Source: Flavobacteriales bacterium (lineage in GTDB: Bacteria; Bacteroidota; Bacteroidia; Flavobacteriales_D; CAJJDF01). From it: DNA of 64,000 nt. A program made the translations under genes and the position numbers. The DNA lies in the NCBI GenBank assembly GCA_965655625.1, contig CBFHHA010000007.1:11844-75843 (forward strand), read 5' to 3'. Numbering within the stretch: position 1 is the stretch's first letter; each line of letters begins with the position of its first letter. Below are positions 44,448-53,716 of the stretch, one piece after another. The notes under the pieces are model-generated. The model did not search any database. It saw nothing but the letters and a program-made list of their open reading frames with translations, and was not told the origin of the DNA.

Positions 44448-46229
44448 TTAGTGTTTGATAATTCGTTTGATAACAATTTCGTTTTGTTCGCTTATAAACT
44501 GTACAAAATAAATGCCGTTTTGTAAGCGTTCTAAATGCATTACATTTGAGTTTGTTTTTTGATTAATTTTGAGGCTACCGGTAACATCCATCACCCGAAT
44601 ACTAGTAGGAATAAAACTTCCCTCAAATACTATTTGATCATTAGTCGGGTTTGGAAAAATAGTAAATTCATGTTTCTTTTTTTCTGAAATAGATAAATTA
44701 GTAGCCACTTCAACTTCATAAATTGTGGTGGTACCAGATACCTCGTTGCTGACGATCAGCATCGCTGTACCAGTATGGCTTTCTGCTGGTGACACGAAAA
44801 CAAGTCCTTCCGGAGCTATATCAATCATTTCTCCAGTAGAAGTATCCATTGTGTGAATGTATTGATTAAATACAGGAGCTGTCGGATTCGAGATGTCGTA
44901 AACCATAATTCCACCTTGTCTTTCTAACCCAATAAAAGCATACGTCACATTGTTAAGCTCTCCCACAGTTATTGCTTCTGGCTCTGGACCCTTGTCATCA
45001 CTTCGGCTGTCTTGGTCACTCGCAAGACCGTCATCGCAATTAAAAAATGTCATGTGGTTGGTTTTGATGTATTGTTCAATTTCATCTTTACTATCCCAAA
45101 CAAGATTTCCATTTCCGTCCCATATAGAGAAAGAACGAGCTCCGTAGCTATACAATTCGTCAACGTCACCATCGTTGTCGATGTCACCGATCACATCCAT
45201 TGTAAAAGTTTTTAGCCTTCCTAAATTGGTGTCGTTCTGTAATTCAGTTGCATTTGGAAATGTTATAGAGTCTAGAGTCAAATCTTTTATTCTTACCTCA
45301 GAACTATAACCGCTATAGTCTCTACCGTCTCCTTCGTTTGCCGAAATCCAATAAGTTTGTCCGTTTGAAGTGAAAGCTGATATTGCATCGGGTTGATAGA
45401 CTCCTTTTACTGGCCAAGTGTTTATTTGGACTTTGTTATCCCTGTTCGAAACGTCCATTCCGTTGCCAGCGACAGAGTGATCTTTGAATCCTAAACCTTT
45501 GTATGACAAAATGGTGTCATTTACCAAATCCAATAGAATCAATACGTTACTTTCTTGGCAAACAACAGCCGCTCTAGTTGATTGATCGTTTACTGCGATG
45601 TATTCTGGTTCTAAATCAACAGCGAAAGTTGTCCCTGGTTTTTTTAGACTACCCACGATGGTAGAAGGTGCGTTATCAAAAAATAAGAGAGTCACATCAG
45701 CCTGACTTAAACTAGATATTCCACCCGAAATATCAATGATGCCGATAGAACCTTTTGGGTCGGTTAAATAATCATCGCTTGGCTCTCCTTCATTAGCTAC
45801 GAGCAGTTTGTTTCCATCTTTCGTTGTGGTTATCATATCGGGAAGGGCGCCTACCTTCAATGATGTAATAAATGTTCCTGCGGTATCGAAGAAAACAACA
45901 AAGCCAGTATCTTGCTTCACTAGTGTTTGGATGGCCGCTGCAAAATAACCGTTGTTCAATGTTACGACTGAATTAACTCCACCGCCATAGGTAAGAACGT
46001 TAATTCCACCAACTTTGATTGGACTCGCTGGATTAGAAACATCAATTATATCAATAGAATCGGTTGCCGCATTGGTGACGAATATTTTCTTCGAGCCCGA
46101 ATCATAGGTAGAAATTTCACAAGCACCGTCTCTTGAATCGTTGTGACGACCAATTTCAGTGATTGTAATGGACTGTGAGTAGCTCAATATTGATGTGAAT
46201 ACTGTAGCTGAAAGTATTAGTTTTTTCAT
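44448..46229 (-). CDS. Secreted beta-propeller protein (choice-of-anchor I / phytase-like family) with a T9SS C-terminal sorting domain
   Basis: Signal peptide. Repeated EPE/PD motifs (LEPEYIAV, YQPDAISAF, GPEPEAITVG, APEGLVFV). C-terminal FTIFPNPTNDQIVFEG...IKRIIKH CTD. Confidence 0.55.
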   Translation of the reverse strand: MKKLILSATVFTSILSYSQSITITEIGRHNDSRDGACEISTYDSGSKKIFVTNAATDSIDIIDVSNPASPIKVGGINVLTYGGGVNSVVTLNNGYFAAAIQTLVKQDTGFVVFFDTAGTFITSLKVGALPDMITTTKDGNKLLVANEGEPSDDYLTDPKGSIGIIDISGGISSLSQADVTLLFFDNAPSTIVGSLKKPGTTFAVDLEPEYIAVNDQSTRAAVVCQESNVLILLDLVNDTILSYKGLGFKDHSVAGNGMDVSNRDNKVQINTWPVKGVYQPDAISAFTSNGQTYWISANEGDGRDYSGYSSEVRIKDLTLDSITFPNATELQNDTNLGRLKTFTMDVIGDIDNDGDVDELYSYGARSFSIWDGNGNLVWDSKDEIEQYIKTNHMTFFNCDDGLASDQDSRSDDKGPEPEAITVGELNNVTYAFIGLERQGGIMVYDISNPTAPVFNQYIHTMDTSTGEMIDIAPEGLVFVSPAESHTGTAMLIVSNEVSGTTTIYEVEVATNLSISEKKKHEFTIFPNPTNDQIVFEGSFIPTSIRVMDVTGSLKINQKTNSNVMHLERLQNGIYFVQFISEQNEIVIKRIIKH

Positions 46230-46322
46230 GTGTTTAGATTTTTTTGAGTTTTCTCAAAGGTAAATCTCACACTTTACTGAAGGTTTAACTGAAAATTATG
46301 GTTGGTTTTAGGTATTGTTCTT

Positions 46323-46673
46323 CTAGGTTAATTTTTGATTGATTACGTTAATTAATTCTTGTGTTGATTCAATTGTGCTTAACATTTTCGTAGAAAGAAG
46401 TTCAGTAAGCCCCAATTCCTCTTTATAATAAATAACAGGGTAAGAGTTAGCGGCCGGAAAGAGAACCTCAAATTCATCAATGTGATAAAACTCTAAATTC
46501 GTTTCAGTATTTTTTTTAAATTCTTTCCAATCGCTTTTTTCTTTCAATTTTCCATGAGTCAATTTACACAAGTTACAAGCGTAGGTTGAAGGTTGAATTA
46601 TTTTATGAGCAAAATCCAAAGCTAAATGAATCACATCGGATTTGGCATTATAGACAAAAATGATAGAATCCAT
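46323..46673 (-). CDS. Conserved-looking hypothetical protein with a CxxC-x3-HG motif
   Basis: 116 aa with the motif PSTYACNLCKLTHG. Its start codon overlaps the stop of the upstream gene (TAATG). Confidence 0.4.
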   Translation of the reverse strand: MDSIIFVYNAKSDVIHLALDFAHKIIQPSTYACNLCKLTHGKLKEKSDWKEFKKNTETNLEFYHIDEFEVLFPAANSYPVIYYKEELGLTELLSTKMLSTIESTQELINVINQKLT

Positions 46674-47545
46674 TATTGTTTGAAATAGGAGGAAAATGGT
46701 TTTTCAACAGGTAAACTACCTGTTAGGATAAAACGAGTATCAAATTCAAAATATTGAGCATACTCTATTCCATTCATTTCGAATTTTGCAAAAAGTTTGT
46801 ATCCCACATTTTCAGAATCTATTTGTATCAAACTAACTTCTGAAAATTCGGTAATGATTATTTCGTCTTTTGTGTTTTTTTTGAGCCATTTAATAGCGAG
46901 TATTCGCGGCAAATTCACCGTATCTAGGTATCCTTTGGTTGATATTACGGAATAGGTATTTATGACAGTTGCCATTGCTGATTCTGCATCTTCGGGATTC
47001 ACCAACATAGTATCTAAGTAGTTGTATACTTTTTTGTTCTCAAGTATATCGTTTGGCAATACAGGGTTTCGTCTATAATAACCATAAAACCAATCGTATT
47101 CCTTTCCTGTAAACTCATACTTCATTAATTGAGTTAAATCTTTGATTTTTCCGTTCGGGAAAAGAAAAAATTGAGTTTGATATAAGTAATCGATTTTCTC
47201 TTCTTGAACCACAAAATAATGTTTGATGTCGTAAATAGGAAACTCCTTATTCATTTTAATGGTATCAATTTTCTTTTGAATCAATTCATCATAAGATTTC
47301 AATGAGCTGTCGGTCAGTAAGTTCTTTTTTCTTAATACGTCAACTTTTTTCTTTATTTCCTCAACCTCTATTATTCTCGGAGTACTAGTTTTGTATAATT
47401 CAGAGAAGCCGTAAGACTTGTATTCTTCGCCAAAAACTCCACGTAGGTGGTTTTTGACAACATTTTCGGCTCTTTCTTGGGCGTTTTCTTGAGAGAACCC
47501 AAGTGAATATGAGAATATTAAAAGGAATGTAATAAACTGCTTCAT
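46673..47545 (-). CDS. Hypothetical secreted protein
   Basis: Signal peptide MKQFITFLLIFSYSLGFSQ. I recognise no family motif. Confidence 0.4.
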   Translation of the reverse strand: MKQFITFLLIFSYSLGFSQENAQERAENVVKNHLRGVFGEEYKSYGFSELYKTSTPRIIEVEEIKKKVDVLRKKNLLTDSSLKSYDELIQKKIDTIKMNKEFPIYDIKHYFVVQEEKIDYLYQTQFFLFPNGKIKDLTQLMKYEFTGKEYDWFYGYYRRNPVLPNDILENKKVYNYLDTMLVNPEDAESAMATVINTYSVISTKGYLDTVNLPRILAIKWLKKNTKDEIIITEFSEVSLIQIDSENVGYKLFAKFEMNGIEYAQYFEFDTRFILTGSLPVEKPFSSYFKQ

Positions 47546-47585
47546 GATTTTTATTTTATCTAGTTTTAGTCAAAAATTATTCCAA

Positions 47586-48443
47586 TTAATTGAACAGAGA
47601 ATTAAAACTGAAAGCTTCCTTGAGTCGAACTCCTTTTTCTGTCAATTGTAAAGTACAACATTCATTGTGGTAGTCATGTTCTAAAAATAAGACGATTTCT
47701 TCTTCTGTACATTTGTTAAGAAAAAATTCTTTTTCATCAAGTGTTAATAAAGGTCTAGTATCGTAGCCCATTACATAAGGCAAAGGAATGTGCCCTACTG
47801 AAGGAAGTAAATCAGCCATAAAAGCTACTTTTTTTCCTTGGTAATTCAAGATTGGAATCATTTGACTTTCGGTATGTCCATCTGCAAAGAAAAATTCCAT
47901 GTTAGGAATTATGCCTTCAGAAAAATTTCCATTTCTCTCCACGAATTTCAATTGCCCAGATTCTTGAATCGGTAAGATATTTTCTTTCAAAAAAGAGGCT
48001 TTTTCTCGAGCATTAGGCTCGGTTGCCCATTTCCAGTGGTTTTCATTACTCCAGTAGATGGCGTTAGGAAAATAGGTTTCATATCGCTCTTTGGAATTAT
48101 TGTGAATAACGGCTCCTCCGCAATGGTCAAAATGCAAATGAGTGAGTACGACATCAGTGATTTCATCTAAACCAAATCCCAAAGATTCTATCGACTTTTT
48201 CAATGAGTCATTTCCAAACAAATAGAAGTGGCTAAAAAACTTTTCGGATTGTTTGTCGCCAATTCCCGTATCAATAAGTATCAGGCGATTTCCATCTTCA
48301 ATGAGCATACATCGCATAGACCAATCGCACATGTTGTTAGTATCTGGAGTATTGGTTCTGGTCCATAGTGATTTAGGAACCACTCCGAACATTGCGCCCC
48401 CATCTAGTTTAAAATTTCCTGTGTTAATTGGGTGTAATTTCAT
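47586..48443 (-). CDS. MBL-fold metallo-hydrolase
   Basis: HLHFDHCGG metal-binding motif with downstream His/Asp residues. Confidence 0.8.
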   Translation of the reverse strand: MKLHPINTGNFKLDGGAMFGVVPKSLWTRTNTPDTNNMCDWSMRCMLIEDGNRLILIDTGIGDKQSEKFFSHFYLFGNDSLKKSIESLGFGLDEITDVVLTHLHFDHCGGAVIHNNSKERYETYFPNAIYWSNENHWKWATEPNAREKASFLKENILPIQESGQLKFVERNGNFSEGIIPNMEFFFADGHTESQMIPILNYQGKKVAFMADLLPSVGHIPLPYVMGYDTRPLLTLDEKEFFLNKCTEEEIVLFLEHDYHNECCTLQLTEKGVRLKEAFSFNSLFN

Positions 48444-48548
48444 GATTGATTTATTTGAGATAAAGATAAGAATTTTTGTAATGATTGAGAACCATACACG
48501 ATATTGAATCCTATCTATTTATGTTTTAATTTTGTTAAAATTATTCCT

Positions 48549-49094
48549 ATGAGAACCTGTATAATTATTGCACTTTTTTTTGTTGTGGCTAGTTGTTCAC
48601 AAACTGTAAACAATGTAACCTCCCAAGATTCAGCTTCGGTGATGGTACAAAAAGAAGTAAGAACTGAATCAAGAGAAGAGTCTTTCCAGCGAGATTCCTC
48701 AATAGATTACGCTACCTATACAAGCGAGCAGTGGAAAGAAATTCTTACCACGAAGGAGTATTTTATTTTAAGAGAAAAAGGAACAGAAAAAGCTTTTTCT
48801 GGCGAGTATGTGAACAATAAAAAAGAAGGAGTTTATGTGTGCAAGGGATGTGCAACACCCTTGTTTGCGTCAAACACGAAATTTAAATCTGGTACGGGTT
48901 GGCCTTCTTTTTACGACAAAATAAAAGACAATATTCTATCCATTCAGGATAATTCCTATGGTATGCAGCGAACCGAAGTAATTTGTGCGGTTTGCAAAGG
49001 ACATCAAGGCCATGTTTTTGTAGACGGACCCGAACCAACAGGACTGAGGTATTGCATTAACTCAGAATCTCTTTACTTTGTAGAAAAGAAATAA
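48549..49094 (+). CDS. msrB: Peptide-methionine (R)-S-oxide reductase with a predicted lipoprotein signal peptide
   Basis: MRTCIIIALFFVVASCSQ lipobox (ATG 48549). Zn CxxC pairs CKGCATPLF and CAVCKGHQGHVF. GWPSF and catalytic RYCINS. Confidence 0.85.
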   Translation: MRTCIIIALFFVVASCSQTVNNVTSQDSASVMVQKEVRTESREESFQRDSSIDYATYTSEQWKEILTTKEYFILREKGTEKAFSGEYVNNKKEGVYVCKGCATPLFASNTKFKSGTGWPSFYDKIKDNILSIQDNSYGMQRTEVICAVCKGHQGHVFVDGPEPTGLRYCINSESLYFVEKK

Positions 49095-49097
49095 CCC

Positions 49098-49730
49098 ATG
49101 GGAGAATCTGATTTGCAGAGAATTAAAACTCTTTTTTCGAATGAGTTGCCAGGAATGAAGGAGCATTTGAAAATGACTCCTTATCGTGCGCTAACCAAAT
49201 CTGTACCAATCGACTGCAGAGAGGGATCGGTTCTGTTGTTGCTTTACAAGCGAGGAGAGGCTTGGTATTTTCCATTAATGCAAAGACAAGATTACAATGG
49301 AGTGCACGCCAATCAAATAAGTTTTCCGGGCGGAAAGGTGGAAAAAAATGACCAATCTAAATACGCAACCGCACTAAGAGAAACCCAAGAGGAAATCGGG
49401 ATAAATGCGGCCCATATTAAATTAATAGGAGAGCTAAGCGAAATATATATTCCACCAAGTAACTTTCTTGTTTCAGCCTTTGTTGGATTTTGCACAAAAG
49501 AGCCTTTTTTTGTGAAAGAAGAGAAAGAAGTAAAAGAGATTTTGGAAGTCCCAATACTCGATTTATTTAAACCCGAAATAATCAAGGAAACACAAGTTGA
49601 TTTAAGGGGAGGATTAAAATTAAAAACACCTTATTTAGAGCTAAATAATAAGGTGGTTTGGGGAGCAACAGCAGCAATTCTAGCTGAGTTTAAATCACTA
49701 GCATTGCCTCAAAAAAGTGTGTTTGAATAA
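49098..49730 (+). CDS. NUDIX hydrolase (CoA pyrophosphatase-like)
   Basis: Nudix box GGKVEKNDQSKYATALRETQEEIG. Confidence 0.7.
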   Translation: MGESDLQRIKTLFSNELPGMKEHLKMTPYRALTKSVPIDCREGSVLLLLYKRGEAWYFPLMQRQDYNGVHANQISFPGGKVEKNDQSKYATALRETQEEIGINAAHIKLIGELSEIYIPPSNFLVSAFVGFCTKEPFFVKEEKEVKEILEVPILDLFKPEIIKETQVDLRGGLKLKTPYLELNNKVVWGATAAILAEFKSLALPQKSVFE

Positions 49731-49907
49731 GCGTGGTGTCGGACTAATTGTGACGAGTTCGGTTGTTCAAAATAGTTTTGTGATTTTTAATGAAAATTTT
49801 GCAATTCAAAATTGCATTTAACCCCTAATGTTTTTTATATTCGCAGTGCGATGTGAAGATGTATTTTGCATCCAAAACCATTACATCAAATTTTTTTATA
49901 ATAAACT

Positions 49908-51194
49908 ATGAGCGAAACAGCTAAATTCATTTTAGACGGAGAAACCTATGAGTTTCCTGTAATAACTGGATCTGAAAACGAAAAGGGGATTGATATTTCA
50001 AAACTAAGAGGACAATCAGGATATGTAACTCTTGATCCAGGATATAAAAACACTGGAGCCACTGAAAGTGGAATAACATTCTTGGATGGGGAAAAAGGAA
50101 TTCTTAGTTACAGAGGTTATTCAATCGAAGAATTGGCTGAAAAATCGACTTTTTTGGAAGTAGCTTATTTGTTAATTGAAGGAGAATTGCCAAACAAAGA
50201 GCAATTGGAAGACTTTAATGAAAATATCAGAAAACATACGTTAGTTGCCGAAGATATGAGAAAGTTTTACCAAGCTTTTCCTCACCATGCTCACCCTATG
50301 GGAGTGCTAGGTTCTTTGATTAATTCGCTCTCTTCGTTTTACCCAGAGTCTCAAGACCCAAATAGAAGTGAAGATGCAATTGATTTAACTATATACAGAC
50401 TAATAGCTAAAATCCCAACATTGGCAGCTTGGTCACACAAAAACGCTCAAAGACATCCGGTAGTCTACCCAAAGAATGAATTGAACTACAGTGAGAATTT
50501 CTTACAAATGATGTTCTCGGTTCCTTCTGAAGAATATGAAATTGACCCAGTAGTAGCCAAAGCACTAGATTTATTGTTTATTCTTCATGCAGACCATGAA
50601 CAAAATTGTTCTGCTTCTACGGTAAGAATAGTAGGTTCTTCGCAAGCTAACTTGTACGCATCTATTTCTGCAGGAATCTCTGCATTGTGGGGGCCTCTTC
50701 ATGGTGGAGCAAACCAAGCAGTAATTGAGATGTTGGAAGACATCAAAAATGACGGAGGGGATGTGACAAAATATTTGAACAAAGCGAAGGACAAAAACGA
50801 TCCGTTCAGATTGATGGGGTTTGGTCACAGAGTATACAAGAACTTTGATCCAAGAGCAAAGATTATCAAAAAAGCATGTGATGATGTATTGGATAAATTA
50901 GGAATTAATGATCCAGTTTTAAACATTGCTAAGAAATTAGAAGCAGCTGCTTTGGCAGATCCATATTTTGTGGATAGAAAACTATATCCAAACGTAGATT
51001 TTTACTCGGGAATTATTTACAGAGCTATAGGAATTCCTACAGAAATGTTTACGGTAATGTTTGCAATTGGAAGACTTCCAGGATGGATAGCACAGTGGAA
51101 AGAAATGATTGAAACCAAACAACCTATTGGTAGACCTCGTCAGATTTATACAGGTGCAAACGCTAGAAACTACGTAGAACTTAACAAAAGATAA
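49908..51194 (+). CDS. gltA: Citrate synthase
   Basis: 428 aa, with LFILHADHEQNCSAST and GFGHRVYKNFDPRA motifs. Confidence 0.95.
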   Translation: MSETAKFILDGETYEFPVITGSENEKGIDISKLRGQSGYVTLDPGYKNTGATESGITFLDGEKGILSYRGYSIEELAEKSTFLEVAYLLIEGELPNKEQLEDFNENIRKHTLVAEDMRKFYQAFPHHAHPMGVLGSLINSLSSFYPESQDPNRSEDAIDLTIYRLIAKIPTLAAWSHKNAQRHPVVYPKNELNYSENFLQMMFSVPSEEYEIDPVVAKALDLLFILHADHEQNCSASTVRIVGSSQANLYASISAGISALWGPLHGGANQAVIEMLEDIKNDGGDVTKYLNKAKDKNDPFRLMGFGHRVYKNFDPRAKIIKKACDDVLDKLGINDPVLNIAKKLEAAALADPYFVDRKLYPNVDFYSGIIYRAIGIPTEMFTVMFAIGRLPGWIAQWKEMIETKQPIGRPRQIYTGANARNYVELNKR

Positions 51195-51202
51195 TCTTTT
51201 TT

Positions 51203-51571
51203 ATGCGAACCGCCCATTTTTTATTTCTTGGAGTTATTCTCTTGTTTTCTTGCGAAAACAAGAAAGTCATTCCAGGTGAGGAAGTAAAAACTTTGAGTTT
51301 TGAGCAAACAATAAAACAACACACAATGGAGTATTGTTCGTGTGCTGTACCGCTAAATGAATTTGTCAATACGGTTGATGTCGCTCAAATGGATTCATCT
51401 ATTTATGACCAATACCAGATTCTACAGGCTCAATTTGAAAACTGTTTTGATCCATCTGGAGAGAAAAAAGCGTTTCGAGAGGGGCTTTCTGAAGATCAAA
51501 AGAAGAAACAGATAGAATTATTCAATCAGTACAGACAAGAACTTTGTCCCGAGGTAGTTCCAAAAAGTTAA
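51203..51571 (+). CDS. Hypothetical lipoprotein
   Basis: Lipobox ILLFSCENK. No family recognised. Confidence 0.4.
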   Translation: MRTAHFLFLGVILLFSCENKKVIPGEEVKTLSFEQTIKQHTMEYCSCAVPLNEFVNTVDVAQMDSSIYDQYQILQAQFENCFDPSGEKKAFREGLSEDQKKKQIELFNQYRQELCPEVVPKS

Positions 51572-51596
51572 AGGAGTTAATAATGAATAAAGAATT

Positions 51597-51627
51597 AGTC
51601 CCTTACAAGGTGTAAGGGACTTTTTTT
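51597..51627 (+). terminator. Rho-independent terminator
   Basis: 11-bp stem agtcccttaca/tgtaagggact, 3-nt loop and a T7 run. Confidence 0.75.
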
Positions 51628-53068
51628 ATTTTGTTCCAATATTAAATCGTCTAGGCTTTGTTTCTTTTTTCTTGATATCGAAAAATAATTTCTCAATTGA
51701 AATGTTTTGACCGTTAGGGATAGGTTTTGAAGCAGGAGCTTGCATTATTTTCCCGTTCTTATCAAGCAAAATATAATGAGGAATGGAATAAATATTAAAC
51801 TCATCTAATAAATTAGAATTTCCACCATAGTATAACATGTTCCAGTCATAATCTGGATGAGAAGAACAGTACTGTTCATATTTCCTATAGTTTGCATCTA
51901 TATTGATACTTACCAGCTCAACTAACTCTCCATATTCTTCTTTTAATCTTTTAAACACATCCATTTCTGCTTGGCTTTCTTTGTTCCATTTTGCCCAAAA
52001 GTTGATATAAACGTATTTTCCTTTGAAATTTTCAATGTCCACAATCTCTCTGTGTTGATTTATTAATTTGATAGGGGAAGGCGTAGCACCGGGAACTAAC
52101 TTTGTGATGTTCTTTATTATCTCCCGCGTTATTTTTCTTATTTCTTCATTCTTTCCAAGTTTTTCGGCTTCTTTCAACAAGCCCAGAATAACGACTGGCG
52201 AGTAGTTTGGGTTGTAGTAAAGAGAATACAAGTTTTCGGTGATCACTAGCTCTCTTATTGAATTCATTTTAAAAAAATAGTCCTTTTGCAATAAGGAGTC
52301 TAGAGCAATATAACTCGGGTTCTCGTTCAGTACTTTCGTAATTTTTGATCCTACTTTGCCAATTTGATTATTCAATGTTTTTTCATAAAAGTTTAATAAA
52401 AACCTCATTTGGGCATGATGCTCTGTATTCATTTTTTTATTAATAACATGGGTGTTGTACAACCCTAATTTGTTTACTTTTAAGTGGGAAGAAGGAGCTA
52501 CGAGTTCCAAATCGGCAATGCTGTATCGAACGTAATTTTTGAAATAAGAGTGTTTTACTCCCTTAAATTGCTGTTGAACTTCGGTTTTGAACGTGTCCAG
52601 TTTGCTGTGAAATACTTTTTTTCCAACATTGTATCTATTTTCAAGAAGAAATTGATCATACAACCTGTCAAATTCTAACACCAATCCATTGATATCGCCC
52701 AAAGGAATAGAATCAAATATAATATTCACGTTGTTTCTTGTCAATTTATAAGTTCCGTCTTCCGACTTTGGTGGAAATTTTATGGAATATTCTCGATTGG
52801 GGTCTAAATAAATAATACCTATAAGGTATTCGATTTGAATAATGGCTTGCTGTGTTTCGGAGATATTATAGTCAAAGAAAAAGTTTCCGTTGCTATCTAT
52901 TGTCGTGGACTCAACTATGTTGTAGTTCAGGGTAATATAATCTGTATATTCTATTAAGTTCACTGTTTTTCCCTCAAATGGACGGAAAGTATTTCCATTT
53001 ATTTGGGTAGCAAAACTAGATAGAGAACAGACCAAAAAAATGAGATAGAAGATGACTAGTTGTTTCAT
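51626..53068 (-). CDS. TlpA-like thioredoxin-fold protein lacking the CxxC active site; same domain layout as 12633-14096
   Basis: Signal peptide and a C-terminal thioredoxin-like region. WAKWNKES occupies the position where the 12633-14096 protein has WAEDCGHC. Confidence 0.55.
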   Translation of the reverse strand: MKQLVIFYLIFLVCSLSSFATQINGNTFRPFEGKTVNLIEYTDYITLNYNIVESTTIDSNGNFFFDYNISETQQAIIQIEYLIGIIYLDPNREYSIKFPPKSEDGTYKLTRNNVNIIFDSIPLGDINGLVLEFDRLYDQFLLENRYNVGKKVFHSKLDTFKTEVQQQFKGVKHSYFKNYVRYSIADLELVAPSSHLKVNKLGLYNTHVINKKMNTEHHAQMRFLLNFYEKTLNNQIGKVGSKITKVLNENPSYIALDSLLQKDYFFKMNSIRELVITENLYSLYYNPNYSPVVILGLLKEAEKLGKNEEIRKITREIIKNITKLVPGATPSPIKLINQHREIVDIENFKGKYVYINFWAKWNKESQAEMDVFKRLKEEYGELVELVSINIDANYRKYEQYCSSHPDYDWNMLYYGGNSNLLDEFNIYSIPHYILLDKNGKIMQAPASKPIPNGQNISIEKLFFDIKKKETKPRRFNIGTK

Positions 53069-53070
53069 GT

Positions 53071-53532
53071 TTATGTATTTGGTTGAATCTCTTCGGGAAG
53101 AAACGGGGAAGCGTCTCCTTTATTTTTTAGGATGTCACGAACTATGGAAGAACTGATTGCAGACAATTCGGCAGAGGTTATTAAAAATACGGTTTCGATG
53201 GTTGGTTTCATTTCCTTATTAATTTGAGCTATTGCTCGTTCAAATTCGAAATCGGCCGAAGTTCTAAGTCCTCTCAGCATGAATTGTGCCTCTTTTTGTT
53301 GGCAATAATCAATCGTAAGTCCTTCGTACGATTCAACTTTTATTCGTTGTTCATCGCGAAAGGTTTTCTTGATGAATTCGATTCTTTCCTCAAGCGAAAA
53401 CATATATTTTTTAGTAGCGTTCGTACCAATTGCTATAATGATTTCGTCAAACACTGCGAGGCCTCTTCTTACCAATGCCTCGTGACCTTTGGTGATGGGA
53501 TCAAATGATCCTGGAAATATTGCTCGTTTCAT
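53071..53532 (-). CDS. coaD: Phosphopantetheine adenylyltransferase
   Basis: FPGSFDPITKGH motif, 153 aa. Confidence 0.93.
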   Translation of the reverse strand: MKRAIFPGSFDPITKGHEALVRRGLAVFDEIIIAIGTNATKKYMFSLEERIEFIKKTFRDEQRIKVESYEGLTIDYCQQKEAQFMLRGLRTSADFEFERAIAQINKEMKPTIETVFLITSAELSAISSSIVRDILKNKGDASPFLPEEIQPNT

Positions 53533-53661
53533 AATGTATGGAATTTTAGTTCTTACAATGTTACAATAGTTAAGCCAAACTTACTAAAAAATTCAAGGAG
53601 GAGGAGGTAAGTTAAAAAAAGTTAATCCCTACGATTATCTGGTATTTTAATTCCTGTCAAA

Positions 53662-53691
53662 TTGGTAGAGTGCTAGATTGTATTAAATTTG
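53662..53691 (+). promoter_or_regulatory. Putative promoter (-33 TTG, -7 TAAATTTG) of the OmpH-like gene
   Basis: TTG at 53662-53664 and TAAATTTG at 53684-53691, with a 19-nt spacer. The box ends 25 nt before the ATG. Confidence 0.4.
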
Positions 53692-53716
53692 CAAGAATAA
53701 AAAATCAAAAACAACT

